A stretch of 64,000 bases of DNA from positions 38,192,001 through 38,256,000 of the forward strand of contig OZ260666.1 in assembly GCA_965285935.1 (NCBI GenBank). Reading direction: 5' to 3'. Shown piece after piece: positions 52,111-64,000 of this stretch (its first letter is position 1; every line of letters begins with the position of its first letter). The position numbers and the translations under genes were made by a program. This stretch comes from Ophelia neglecta. Its lineage: Eukaryota. The notes beneath the pieces were generated by a model. It worked only from the letters and a program-made list of their open reading frames with translations, had not been told where the DNA came from and ran no database searches.

Positions 52111-55100
52111 TTCTTAACGATTGAACGGATTGAACGCGGATGTACATACATACAATCCAAAATAAAATCCAGGTTAAGTCTGAAGGTTTGTCAGTGTACC
52201 TGTCGACGGGTTGTGTAGGGTTACCAGGAACAAGGAACACCACTATAACCTTCATCTCGTTGTCGGCTGATAAACCCTCCACCCCCCCCCCCCCCCATAC
52301 ATTCTATGTTTAAGAAAAACCTCCGAATAGTCATGTAAGAAGATTACACTTAAATGGACGTAACATTTCAGAACATTACTGTTTGAAAACCACAAACATT
52401 CCCATTCACAGCGCAATGCCAAAGATCATGCTACATTTTACACAATATTCATTACACTAGAAATTTGTCTGAAAAAAGAATGCAAATCATATCTGCACAA
52501 ATGTTTGCATTGGCTTGCACGATTGTTAAAAAGGTATTACAAATAAATATAGTTTAACGAATATACGCAAAAACAAATTTGTATAGTGAATTTACTAAAC
52601 TTGTTTGAATGATTTTAACCCCCCCCCCAACCCCCCGCCCCCGATATCAAATGGCCCGTCCTTAATTTGATGCTGATTATATGGTTATATTTATAATTAA
52701 ATTTTGCTGTAAATCACTATAAAGGTACTAGTAGTTATTCAATATAACAATTCAATCTGTCTCTCTGAAAAAAAAACTCTTACATTTTCAATTCACTTGT
52801 ATTTTACTTAGAAGACAGTATTGATTTACTAGTATTCCAGTTAGGTACCTGATCACATTGGGGCACATCCCATGGTTGGGCACGATCGCCCTATATGGAG
52901 ATCTCCCTATGCTATAGGGCTATATCGCCCTATAGGGAGATATAGGCATTCTGCTGTTTATAATTGCACCACAGGTAATCAGGCTGGGACTATGGCCAAA
53001 ATGTAGGGACATCCCTATACATGTGCATAGATTTTCACATCACGTGCACCCATCATGGGATGTCTAATGGGGCATATTTTTGTGTTTTTAACGTCCAAAA
53101 CTCGTCCAAGTTAAGCCCCGGTATCTGCCGGTAAAACTGCAGTTCTCATCCTATCGTGCTACACATTAATCACCGTATAAATGCGAATACTTACCAGCTT
53201 ACATTCACTTGTGTGCTCATCTAGTCGCCTGGCGTCGTCTGGCGAGGGCGTAGTAGTAGTCTCCATCTTTTCCCGCGTCAGGCAGGGGTTTCCCGCGAGA
53301 ACGTCACTTCCGACAAGCCATGTCGTTGAACTTGTCCGTCCTCGCCCGAGAATCGTGTTCGGTCGGTTTTCTCCGGAAACCTCCGTCGGCCGAGCCCGGT
53401 GTGGCGGTCTCAGATTGCCCCGGTCTCAGATTACCGTTTGCACATCTGCGCATGCGGAACAAAGTGGCGCGTACTTAGGCAGTCTGAGTTTACCGATGCT
53501 TAATAAGCGATTTGTTCGTTATAAATTTGAGTTCTTGGTTACTTTTTTTCGAAAATTGTATAATAATTTTCATGTGAATACATCGTTTTTCAGGACTAAA
53601 CCAATACATGCGAACACAGTTTGCCATATAAGGTAATGTCAAGGTTAGCGCGAGAACGAGGCTATTACCTTTTGGCGAGTAAACAAACCTATACTTGTGG
53701 CGTTCGTGAAACGGAAGAAAATACTCTTGTCACCATTGTCCTGTGACACAGGTGAGTATTTATAAATTTTTGGGTTCGTATTTATGCGTAGAAAGGCTTT
53801 AAGTACTAAACTGTAGTCAATGCTACTCTTCATTGGATTTTGTTTGGTTTCGACAGCCTGACAGTGGGCGATAACATAAGCAATGCAGGCTTAGTTTAGT
53901 GTTTGTTCCATATCGAGTTGAAGCCTAACCAATTTTGTCCCCCCCCCCCCCCCAAACAGCCAAAAGAAATGTGTGTGGAGCTGCCATTCTGTCCTAGAAT
54001 ATTTTTGATAATGAATATATTTCAATTGTCCCTCTGGCCCCCCACAAACATTGAACTTTATATATACGGAATTATATATAAGTTTCTAGGGGTTATTTAC
54101 CAGGCTCCCAGATAGCTGCATTGGGCACACAGTATTAGGTCATACCTTAGTATCAAATATTTGTAATTTACTTCGGCTAAAGCTAGGTCTTACGGGACAT
54201 AAAACAAAAAACTATACTTCTGCCTAAAAAAATACAATTTTTTGGACTTTTAAGTCAAAATGCATTTAGCTTGACAGCCTCTTGGACATATGTAAGACTT
54301 GATTGTTTTTATACATAGGCTTTAAAGCTCATTGTGCATCAAGTTTACAGTAAAAATTACCAAATGCTTAAGTTCACTAGCAGATTATGCAACTTTATGC
54401 CAGTAAATAATTTAATACTTAATCCTCTTTGTAATTACATATCATTTTTATTCACATCTCCTTTTGTAACATTAGTACCTTAAATGAGAAATAATTATAG
54501 CAGAACTGACAGTGACACTTTAGTTTATATTATTTATGTCATTTTGGTATCAACAATAATGTGAACTCTCTAAGAGGATACTGACACAAGAAATTTTATT
54601 TCCACATACAAGTATGTTTATTTTCATATGACAATGCATGTCAACACTGAGCAAGTTAATTAATCTATTTACAAGTCTACCACAACAAATGCCTCCCCTT
54701 TCACTGCAGATGCTTGCCTCCTTTGAGGTTGTGATGAACCTGAATTCAAACAAATGGCAAAAAAGGTGAGATGCACAATTTTTGTTGATTTGTTTTTGGC
54801 ACATGGAAATCAGAAACAATCATTGGAAATTAACTTTTTAATTAATGTATGCATGATAATATTCACAAAAAGAAGTGTTTTGGTAGATTTTCATCATTAC
54901 ATTAGCCCTTTTTCACTTGTCCAAACAAAACCATATTAATTCTCAGTATCCAAGATAGCTAAAACTAGTAGTATCTGCCTAATATTGACAAATTTATGGG
55001 TTTTTTTGTGTCAATATAATTTTCGTTTTGCACTAAACAAATGCACTGATCATTTTCCTTGGTTGCCTGCACTTGGAGGTTTTTCTCTTTAAGTGAACAT

Positions 55101-56496
55101 CAACAAATAATCCATCAAGATATAATACACTGACAACAATTTACTGGTCTGGTGGATAAATATCATGATCTGATGATTGTCAAAGGGGGGGGGGGGGGCC
55201 TCGCAGTCATCCGAACTTCGGATATACCGAACCTAATTTCCCGATCCCGACTGGTCCGGATACGAGGGCTTGTACTGTACTTTATTTCAATAATCACATT
55301 GCCATATTCATGAGAAATATAAATTGTTAGACTAATAGAGAAAGCTGTGGAATAAAACTGATTGAGCTGTCATATCACAATACTTCTGAGGCCATGTTTG
55401 GATAACCCTATGATGATGATGCAGGTATAAAGTGATACAATCTCATTCATAGTTTACCATAACATTTCAGAATAAAAACTGCTCCCTAGTAAACTTAAAG
55501 CAGCCAATAGGGCGTTTTATTACAAAGGTCGACAAACGTCAAAGACACCATATTGTTGAAAGCTGGTAGAAGTAGATGTGCCAGTGTTTTTATGGTTTCT
55601 TGTGTTTATTATATTACTATATTTTTTTTAATTATGCCATTGAAATATGCATAATAGTATGGCATTGAAATGTGCTTCAACCAAACATTGATCGATCCTT
55701 GTTTCATTCAGATTCAAACCACACTGACCAGCCTTTTTTGATGTGAACTGGGGGTATTCAGTTACACATACAAAAAACAGCTCCATGTATTTATATCCAC
55801 ATAAATGATTCCTCACATATTTTGATATGAAATATAATTATATTTATCAATGGAAAGAAAATATGCTGGATTTCTCTTTCTAGAAAATAAAAAATTAATA
55901 CAAAAAGTTCAAAACAATATCTTTACCATATATCACATTTATGAACACACTAGTTTGCTTGCCACCGTTTGTAATTCGTTAACAGGGCATTAATTTTATG
56001 TTCGCTTTTTCTCATTTTCTGGGACCATTAGGTCCCATATTCATCATAAAGAGAAAGATTCCAATTTAATGAGTAATACATGTAAGTGCATAGCTCCGCG
56101 AAAATCACCTCCGGGGTTTAGGTTCTACCAACAATAACAATAAACTTTTTACAGGTAATTTAAGTATTACCTTTTTCCTGCACTCTTGGCTTCCGCTTTG
56201 GTTGTCTCTCCAGTAGTTCAGTTGGCCACACTGCTTTGTAATTTACTTTAGGCAAAAATGGATTGCTGGAGCTGATATATCTCTTCATAGTTTGTGCACA
56301 TTCATTGTTTTCATTTTTCTGGAACTTCTGAAGATATATTGTAAAATCATGTTTGGCACGGTTGACAAACACATTGAAACATGCCAACAGTATTAGACCA
56401 ACAGGCCTCAGATTCAACAAGGAAGAACCGGAAAATAAATTTCAAGTAAATTGGACATTTCCACAGGGGCTTTGAACCTATGTTTCTCTTAATTAC

Positions 56497-59400
56497 CTGG
56501 ATTAACTCGCTTTCATCACAAGCATCCTTGAAATAGGTATCTAAATTTTCATCCTCACTGTCAGTTGTGGAACCTTTGTTGATTTCGTACTCATATAGGT
56601 AGCTTGGCAATTCTGGAAAACAAACACTCTACTGCTAGTTTACCTTTATGAGTGGAATAATTAATAAAGTACTTTTCGTTCTCACCAGGTATAATGCTTG
56701 TTTCTTTTTATACAAATCTTACAATTTATACATTATTATGAATGAATTGATTTTAATTGATTAATTTTACTTCTTTTCCTCTTTCCAGCTGGTGCCTCAG
56801 GAGCTAACTCAACAGGGATGGCTGCAATGAAGAAAGTTGGTATACATAAAACACTTTTCTGGTGTATTTGATGAGCATTGTGTGGAGTATGTATAACATC
56901 TGAAGCACAAATACATAATATTTACTACCAAAAATGTTAATACTTAGGCTTCTTGCTTCCTCAGATGAAGCTTTCTGGGAAAGAAACACTGATGCATCAT
57001 GTGGTGGCTGAATCTCATACAGGAGATAAATCGGATCCTGGGAAGATGTGAAACTCCATGACACTGTACTGACCTATTAAAGAGAAATCAGTTAAGTAAT
57101 TATGTAAGTATAAACAGGTATTAGGATAAAGATAATTGATTTTTGTAAGCCATTTGTGGGTGTGGCGGAAGCCTCCCGTCCTGATATATGAACTTGATAT
57201 ATACGGTATAACATTGTTAGCAATTTTCCAATTCATTAACATTATTAAGGGTTGTGTACCTGACCATCATTCATTCTTTTCCATTCCTGCCCATACCAGT
57301 TTATTGAGATAAAGTGCCCTGAGTTATGGCTGCCAAAATGAATGATCATGCTAGCAAGTTTGTACACTCTCCTGTTAAACTGTAGTTCCTGGTCGAATTC
57401 CACATGGGCATTTGTTGTTCTATGATAAAGCACATATCATGGTTTTACTAAAGTTAACAAAGTTGCAATTGGTTTTCGTATGAGAGGTCACTCTGGCGTG
57501 TACATTTCAAATCACCATCTTGGTCATAAATTTCAGGGTTGGGGCAAGTACAGGGCTCATGTACTCGAGTACGAGTACTTGCCAATCACACGAATAAGAG
57601 TACAAGAAATCCTGGATGTACTCGAGTACGAGTACTTCTATGCGAGTACGAGTACCGAGTAATTTTAGAATTACCATTCAAAACAAAACTACACTCACAC
57701 TTTATACATTTATTATGTGGTTTGCTCATATGTTAGATCAAAGGGCAGTCAATAGAATTTGGCTTTGGCTAGAGATGTAATAAACAGCTACATTTTTTGT
57801 AGAAAAGCTCCATCCAAGAGCGAAACACAGCCCATACATAGAAGTGTCAAACATGAAGACACATCCTTCTTGGACACGTCCATTTTTCTTGCCTACCACG
57901 CCAAACCAGAATAGCCCATATCAACATGGCCCCCGCATCTGCGCAGAGCCTTAGAAATTGTTCATGCATATGCCTTATTGCAATTAGAGAAGTTTCCACA
58001 TTTAGAAGTAGTGCTACTTGTATGGGAATTATTTAACTACTTCCATCTTCTAAGTGTATATCTAAATGTTGCAGCTATTCAACTCTGGATCATAGGCAAA
58101 TTAATATAGTCTCCAGGGTTAAGGTTGTATTAAACATTTTATTTATTACATTTGACAGTGGCCTCACTGCCCTTTTGTTTCACCTCAAGCTACACCTCAA
58201 GCTACCTGTTACTTTTTACAATTCTTCGTATCATATTAGATAACTGCAGCAATTAGTGCATATTTAGGGAACCAAATATTACAGAAATAGGTATCATTTC
58301 CTCAATGATAAAACAATAGGAAGCAATTCTGTAACAATATATAAAAACTGACTAGCCGTAGTTTACCTGGTTATTTGTATGATCAGATTAAGTGGCAGGG
58401 CATCGTCTCCAGGGTGTTGTACAATCCTATGGCCACAGTTCTTTCCACACCTTTTTATTTTGAAAGCGCAAAAAGGGCAAATTGCATTATTAGTAAGATG
58501 ACTTTATTAGCTAAAATAGAGAAATTTGCAAATGAGTGCAATGGAGTACTGCAATGGACTTACTTGTTACAGAACTTAATGCATTGAGTGTCTAACCAGT
58601 ATTGTTCTATCAAGTCACAGAGTGATGTTGTTTCTTGGTTAACCTGTCAACAATATATAAATCTAGGGTTGCTATGCATTTTCTGTTTCAAAATTGGTGC
58701 TCTCATGATGTTTTAGGGATGTACTCCTCAATCAAATATTACTTGAATGTTTGCCTTAATTAAGGAAAATCATAAATAGTCTGGAATCTTAAAGTTCTTC
58801 ATATTTTTTTTCTTTATAAACCATGGTGCATCAGATATTGGTACTTGCCATGTTTATTGGTAGCACAGACATATCTAGTGTACACTCTGTTGTTTCAGTA
58901 CATATATCACAAATAACTGGAAACCAAAAAAAATGGGATAATGATTAATGTTTGACATGCGTAAAAAAAATCTTGTTTGGGAATATACTAGAATAATGCA
59001 AATATTCTTAATGTAGTCTTTATATAACTCAGACACTTGTTGTTGCAGGACAGAGCTAGAATCTTCACTCAATACTAGCTTAGATCATGAAGTAGTATTT
59101 TTTCATTGAAACACAAGTACAGATCTAATACCATATTTAATATAGTCTTTTTTACATATATTCATACATGTTACAACTTAAATGCTTTAAGTTAACATAA
59201 TAGGGTTTGAGCATAGTTAAACATTCATATATCATGTAGCTACAAATTGTATTACATCATTTCTTTTCTTTTAATAGCAGTATGGGCAGCAGTGCAGCTG
59301 CCACGATGGCCATGTTATTATACCTACTTTTCTGGTACGAGGACCACCAAAACATGTTAGGTATGTAATGACGTAACCCTTTAAGGGACTCTAACATCTT

Positions 59401-62400
59401 CAGCAGGACTTCTCCTGCATCCTCCATGCTGAGGTAATTCCGATCCGGCCACACAGCTATAAGATATTATGGAACTGAAGCATTATATTGTGTAAAATAC
59501 ATCCACTTAGCTTGTCTACATTACAAAAAGTTAAATCAAAGCAATTAGAATGCAGTTGATATTAAATACCTTCCAACATTGCATTCATGAGCTGTGTGTC
59601 TGCTTGTACAAAAAACTGTTTCATTAAACACACAATGCATTGCCGCTGAGGTGAACCTGAATACAATGAAGTAAAAATAATGTTTCGTATGAATTTAAAT
59701 TAAGGAAGAAAAATATTGCATCACACAATTGTCGGCAAGCGGTGAAGAGCTTCATTAATGGTTATCACTTAAACAGATGCTGTGCATAACTACATGTTTT
59801 TACTTACAGTCTTTATGCATGGCCAACAGACGATGTATTGAAGACATTCGGAGAAATTGGCAAACTGAATTAAAGAAACAAGTGTTTCCGGTGTTTGGCA
59901 GTCCACCAATGTCTTGTGCTGGTATGGCTGAAACAAATGGCAAGCTATGAAAGGGTGTGTTGACTACTGTAAAGTTGGAAACTTCTCCTCTATCAATTTC
60001 AGGGTGAATATAAAAGTCTATAAATGCCTTGAAGTAAATGCCTTGCAAACATTTCTGACTTAACAGTGAAATATTAATAAGAAACTGTGAACAGATTGTA
60101 TATGTTGAGTAAATAATATTGTTCTATAAGCCCGACATGGCTTCCTGTAGTGTCACAGAAAGTAGTAATTCCATAGTTTGCTCAAAGTTAATTGCATACT
60201 ACATGTACTTACAATTTACTACGAGGTGGTGTTGCTCTAATCCATCCTCCAAGGTTGCTTGGCAGCTGTCGGAACTGGCAGAGGTAGATGATAACACTGC
60301 TTCTGATACAGGCTTGCCGGACCCAACTTGGGGGACATACACAGATGCTTGCTCCACAGACCCCTCCTCCAACTCTTGCAGTATGCTTATAATTTCCGAT
60401 TCTGTGACTGTGGATCCTGCAATCGCCATAGAAAACCACATTGGTTTTAATATGAATAGATTGGAGAAACATCAGTATCTTATGCACACAGTTTCCCTTT
60501 ATTGACCCATGTACAAAATTAAAATACCTTCAGATTTTTCATTACACTGTGTCTGCTCTTTTGGTGCTTCATCTGTCTGCAATACCAACAATTAAAGTTT
60601 GTATAAATTGGAGATGTTCAGTACAATATAGTTTAGGAAATAATGGCATTAAAAAAACCATTAAGAAAGATAAATCTTTTGGACTCAACATGTTTATTCT
60701 TACCTTGTGCAAATGGCTAACAAATACTGGTTTTATTTGATCGTATGGCACTCTGGGTGCCAATGGGGTCTCACCCAGCATTGTCTTTAACTGTATCCTC
60801 TGATTTTGATCTATTTCAGATATCCTGTCACAGTACGATTGTTTTAAGTTAGGCAGTTTCATATAAATTTACCATTATTAATGCTATCAGTTAATGATCT
60901 GCAATTAATTCCTTATATTACACAGTAAGAAATGTAAAAGTAAAAAGTAGAAAAATCATATTTTCCTACTTGTATGGACCTATCCACTTTTTTTCCATTG
61001 CACCACCCTTCCGTCCAATGTTCTTCATGTTTTTTTTCAGGACGGTGTCACCCACATGCAAGTCAAAAGTCTTTACACCTTTAGCCTTGCGTTTCTTGAA
61101 ATTTTCCTTCTGCTTCAGGTGGGCATTTTCTTGATTACTAATGACCTGTTCATGAATTAGAGATGAAAAGTAATTATTAATATGTTTAAGGAATAGAAAG
61201 TTTAACAAAATGCTTTTGTTATTAACTAAATTTATCATGTCCTGTGGATACCATGTTTGCTTTGTAAGGCTGATTTGTCCCTTTAACCGTAAATGAAACC
61301 CAGTATACATGTACATCACATTCTACAAACGTTCAGCAACAGCACCTTTTTGTAAACACTATCCCTTTGTTTCATTGTACTTTCTACATGCACCTGCAAG
61401 TCGTCTTCCATCACTTCGGAGGGACATTCCATGTTTTCTGCTATGTCTGACATCTGAAAATGCATAAAGCAAGGTGTTAAGAAATATTCACTGAAGGCAA
61501 AAATGTATGGCCTTGATCTATTTAGAATTACATCACAAATGTTCATATGAAATGTAAATTAAGAAAACAAATAACCAACCTCCAGGAGAGAACGTGGATG
61601 GCGACCAAACATAAGATAAAATGGACTGAATTTTGTAGATGCCTGTGGTTGAGTCCGTATTGAAAATGCAACATCTTCAAGTACCTAAGTGCCGAAAAAA
61701 TGCATGTTTTATGTAACAGTTAGTGAAAGCAGAGCTTATGGTGTTAAATGCAACCAGCCATTTCCATTTGCACTGATTTAGTTAAAACCAAAATGCAACT
61801 TTTTTGTCTCAAATTTTTATGTTTATTCTTTTGTTGTAGCACAAGTAAGAAAGAACTACAAAATTGTTTGGTCAATATTATAACTCTAGCAATGACAGAT
61901 GCAGTTGTTTTTATTACCTCATCCCATTTGTTATTTTCAGAAGCCAGTTTGCTGATTCTTGTTTTTACTGTCTGGTTTGTTCTTTCATCAAGGCCATTTG
62001 TTTGTGGGTGATACGCAGATGTTACTGATTTCTTTATTCCATGCTTGATGCATAGTTCTTCATTGATCTATTGAAAGTAAGGTATATGCACTTGGTACCA
62101 TTTTTAAATTCCCTTAACCCTTTTAACTACCAGAGTGCCCTTGTTCAATCAGCCTAGCCAGAGATTTTTGCCAGAACAATGGACAGATAGACCTTGAGTT
62201 CAGGCTGCAGCATTATTAGGAAGTATAGAGGGTTACCAATGCGCACAGGGAAATGTTCTGAAGAGAGCAGAAATGTTCTTTAATGCTTTATTTCAAATGC
62301 CATTTGTCAAGCTACTGTAAGTATCCTATATTCTAACTTAGGGGGGAGATTATTAATGCTTTTGGTATATTTGAGCTTTTAATACTTATATGACTAACTT

Positions 62401-63526
62401 TGTTGCAGAATTCCCTTCCTTGATCTGACAGCAAGCGCATCGGAGCCCCCCATCTGCATATAAAAGATTTTATGCTCTTGCTGACATTAACAGCGGTCTT
62501 TGATGGTAAGGCAAACAGCTCTACAAATTTAGTGAAATAATCAGTCATTGACATCACATATTGACTGCCTCTTTCTGTTATGGGTAGGGGACCTGAAAAT
62601 TTGAGCATGTTCTATCAATTATGCAGGAGGATTGAAAAAGCATTTGAGTAGCATACTGTATATAAAACCGTGTAGCACTTAAATGTTGTATATATGAAGA
62701 AATAATGTATCTACATTATGGTGTAGTTAATAAACCAAATCACCTATCAAGTCCATACCAACAAGTTCCAAAGGTTGTGTCACCTTTATCTGCTGAAGTT
62801 CTGGTGCCTGAGTTTTCAGCAGTTCAAATTGCTGGCATGTTGGACAGGAGGAAATCTATGGTTTCAAAATCATTTTTACATAAATATATAATGTCTACTT
62901 TTTTTGGCTAGCAGTTAGTTTACATAATTTCTTAAAGTACATGTTTGTATGGTGCATTTAAGTATAGCACTCTCCTACCAATACAACAGTACATGTGTAT
63001 CAGAGACCACTAAAACAAATGTAGACTTGGCATTGTGATTATATTTTCCATAATCGGGAATATATTTACATATTCTTTGACATCTGTTTTCATCCTGTCC
63101 CACCAGTAGTGGATGGATATTTTGTTTTGGGTGTTGTTAACCCCACTATGTCCTCCTAGAGCACTTGAGTGGTGCTGGTGCAGGATATCCTTTACTTCTT
63201 CTGGATCTGTCACGCATTTACGTGGTCCTTTGTCCTTGTCAGCCACGTAGAACAGATGATCTCCTTCAAAAGGCCAGTTGATTTGTAAGTTATCATTTAT
63301 TAATACTTAAGTAATGTGGAACATGAATTGAGATGAAAAAACCTTAATATATGGATAACCTTCATATTGAATTATCATTTAATTATTTATATTGTGCACC
63401 TTTCAAAATGTGGGTATTCAACCCATTTCGGGCATTTCTCTGTTGCTGTTTTGACAGTCCCGGCAGCTGTTTTCTCTCCCGTGATAGATAAATTATGTGT
63501 GCCACCTTTTCCTTGTAATGGCTCAT
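56497..63526 (-). CDS. GIN/Ginger-type DDE integrase-transposase fused to a USP (peptidase C19) domain
   Basis: Phase-consistent exons 63400-63526, 63070-63263, 62744-62855, 62399-62592, 61918-62067, 61580-61684, 61346-61453, 60970-61145, 60704-60824, 60528-60576, 60213-60416, 59808-59927, 59570-59656, 59328-59456, 58849-58916, 58564-58643, 58367-58450, 57260-57419, then ~56929-57073, ~56772-56822, ~56497-56612. Integrase motifs HHSSALGGH...CPTC, GMDLIGP, LSDQGREF, NGLDER, WIGPY. USP motifs GLPNTGNTCFFNS, MEDAGE, CDIC/CNKC, LPLNLIIQITR, IHFGSHNSGHF, WKRMNDGQV, IYLLYE. 3' end not resolved. Confidence 0.85.
57534..57665. mobile_element. hAT-like element end with GTACTCGAGTAC subterminal repeats
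   Basis: CAGGGTTGGGGCAAGTAC followed by repeated GTACTCGAGTACGAGTAC; inside the intron preceding the USP His-box exon. Confidence 0.55.
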
Positions 63527-64000
63527 CCTCACCAAGAAGGAAGTGTGGGAATCCTGGATAAAATGTATATGGTAAATTATGTGGATTGATAGTTTATTAT
63601 ATCCAAATGTGCATCCACTCACTTGTTAGGGTCAGTTTTTGGGGTCATAAAATTGATATACATAATCACCTCTTGAACCGGATCTGATATTGGCTGTTCT
63701 GACTCAGGCTGCACACTTTTGGGTTGTATGTCTGAGACAAATGTTCTCTGAATACCATCTGCAATAAATGACCAGTTTATTTATCTTCAACACACGGAAG
63801 GGCAAGTGTATAACATTTTGCTTATTTACAAAAAACGTGTCAACTTTAGATAGTTAATTACATCATCCAAAAGTATTTCTGCACAGACTAATGTAAAGTC
63901 AAAATATTAAAATTCATGCTTCTTTAGATAACCCATCAAGAATTTGGAAGACTGATTTTCTTTATTTTCTGTGCCTATTGGACAGGAGATATCTTAGGTT

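Larger units (their letters stand above)
42899..53266 (-). pseudogene. Degenerate multi-exon SAMD3-like gene (possible transposon accessory ORF)
   Basis: Exons 53195-53266, 50174-50274, 48280-48426, 47509-47602, 46464-46757, 45632-45790, 44833-45015, 43842-43920, 42899-43174. Motifs YPKSSQYKKAADLILQAFP, WQTKLTFTFQNMRR, LMELTLYDRR...IINKYPWL...LAKEYARL, AALFVFNIRVP...FIAFVSRY. In-frame stops near 48350 and 45768 plus probable frameshifts. Family assignment is from motif recall. Confidence 0.55.

Noticed and set aside
53181-53636. 151-aa plus-strand ORF
   Set aside because: GC-rich promoter/first-exon region of the minus-strand gene; no protein motifs.
55628-56420. Further 3' exons (possible PHD or other domain) of the integrase-USP gene
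   Set aside because: Could not build a phase-consistent, motif-supported model; left unresolved.
60966-63526. Integrase exons as a decayed LTR retrotransposon
   Set aside because: The interruptions are phase-consistent spliceosomal introns, and no RT, RNase H, gag or LTR is adjacent.

Overview
AT-rich, intron-containing eukaryotic DNA, most likely from a marine invertebrate bilaterian (inference). Most ORF-track entries are spurious or partial because the genes are spliced, so I rebuilt gene models by hand from splice sites and reading phase. From left to right: (1) three tandem, highly diverged 5-exon genes encoding signal peptide + Ly6/uPAR three-finger domain + true TM helix + cytoplasmic PPxY/LPxY tail (1.4-17.4 kb); (2) an MGAT4-family (GT54) glycosyltransferase (18.4-21.9 kb, minus); (3) a secreted 6-Cys prohormone with eclosion-hormone-like Cys spacing (27.9-28.6 kb, minus); (4) nested mobile DNA, a 2.2-kb Helitron and an intact, apparently recent Gypsy LTR retrotransposon, both probably inside an older Helitron-like element (29.4-41.9 kb); (5) a degenerate multi-exon SAMD3-like gene (42.9-53.3 kb, minus); and (6) the most striking feature, an apparently intact gene of about 20 exons encoding a GIN/Ginger-type DDE integrase fused in frame to a catalytically complete USP (peptidase C19) deubiquitinase domain (56.5-63.5 kb, minus). 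Features 5 and 6 may belong to one very large DNA transposon that runs off the right end of the window. MITEs, LINE remnants and simple repeats are scattered throughout.
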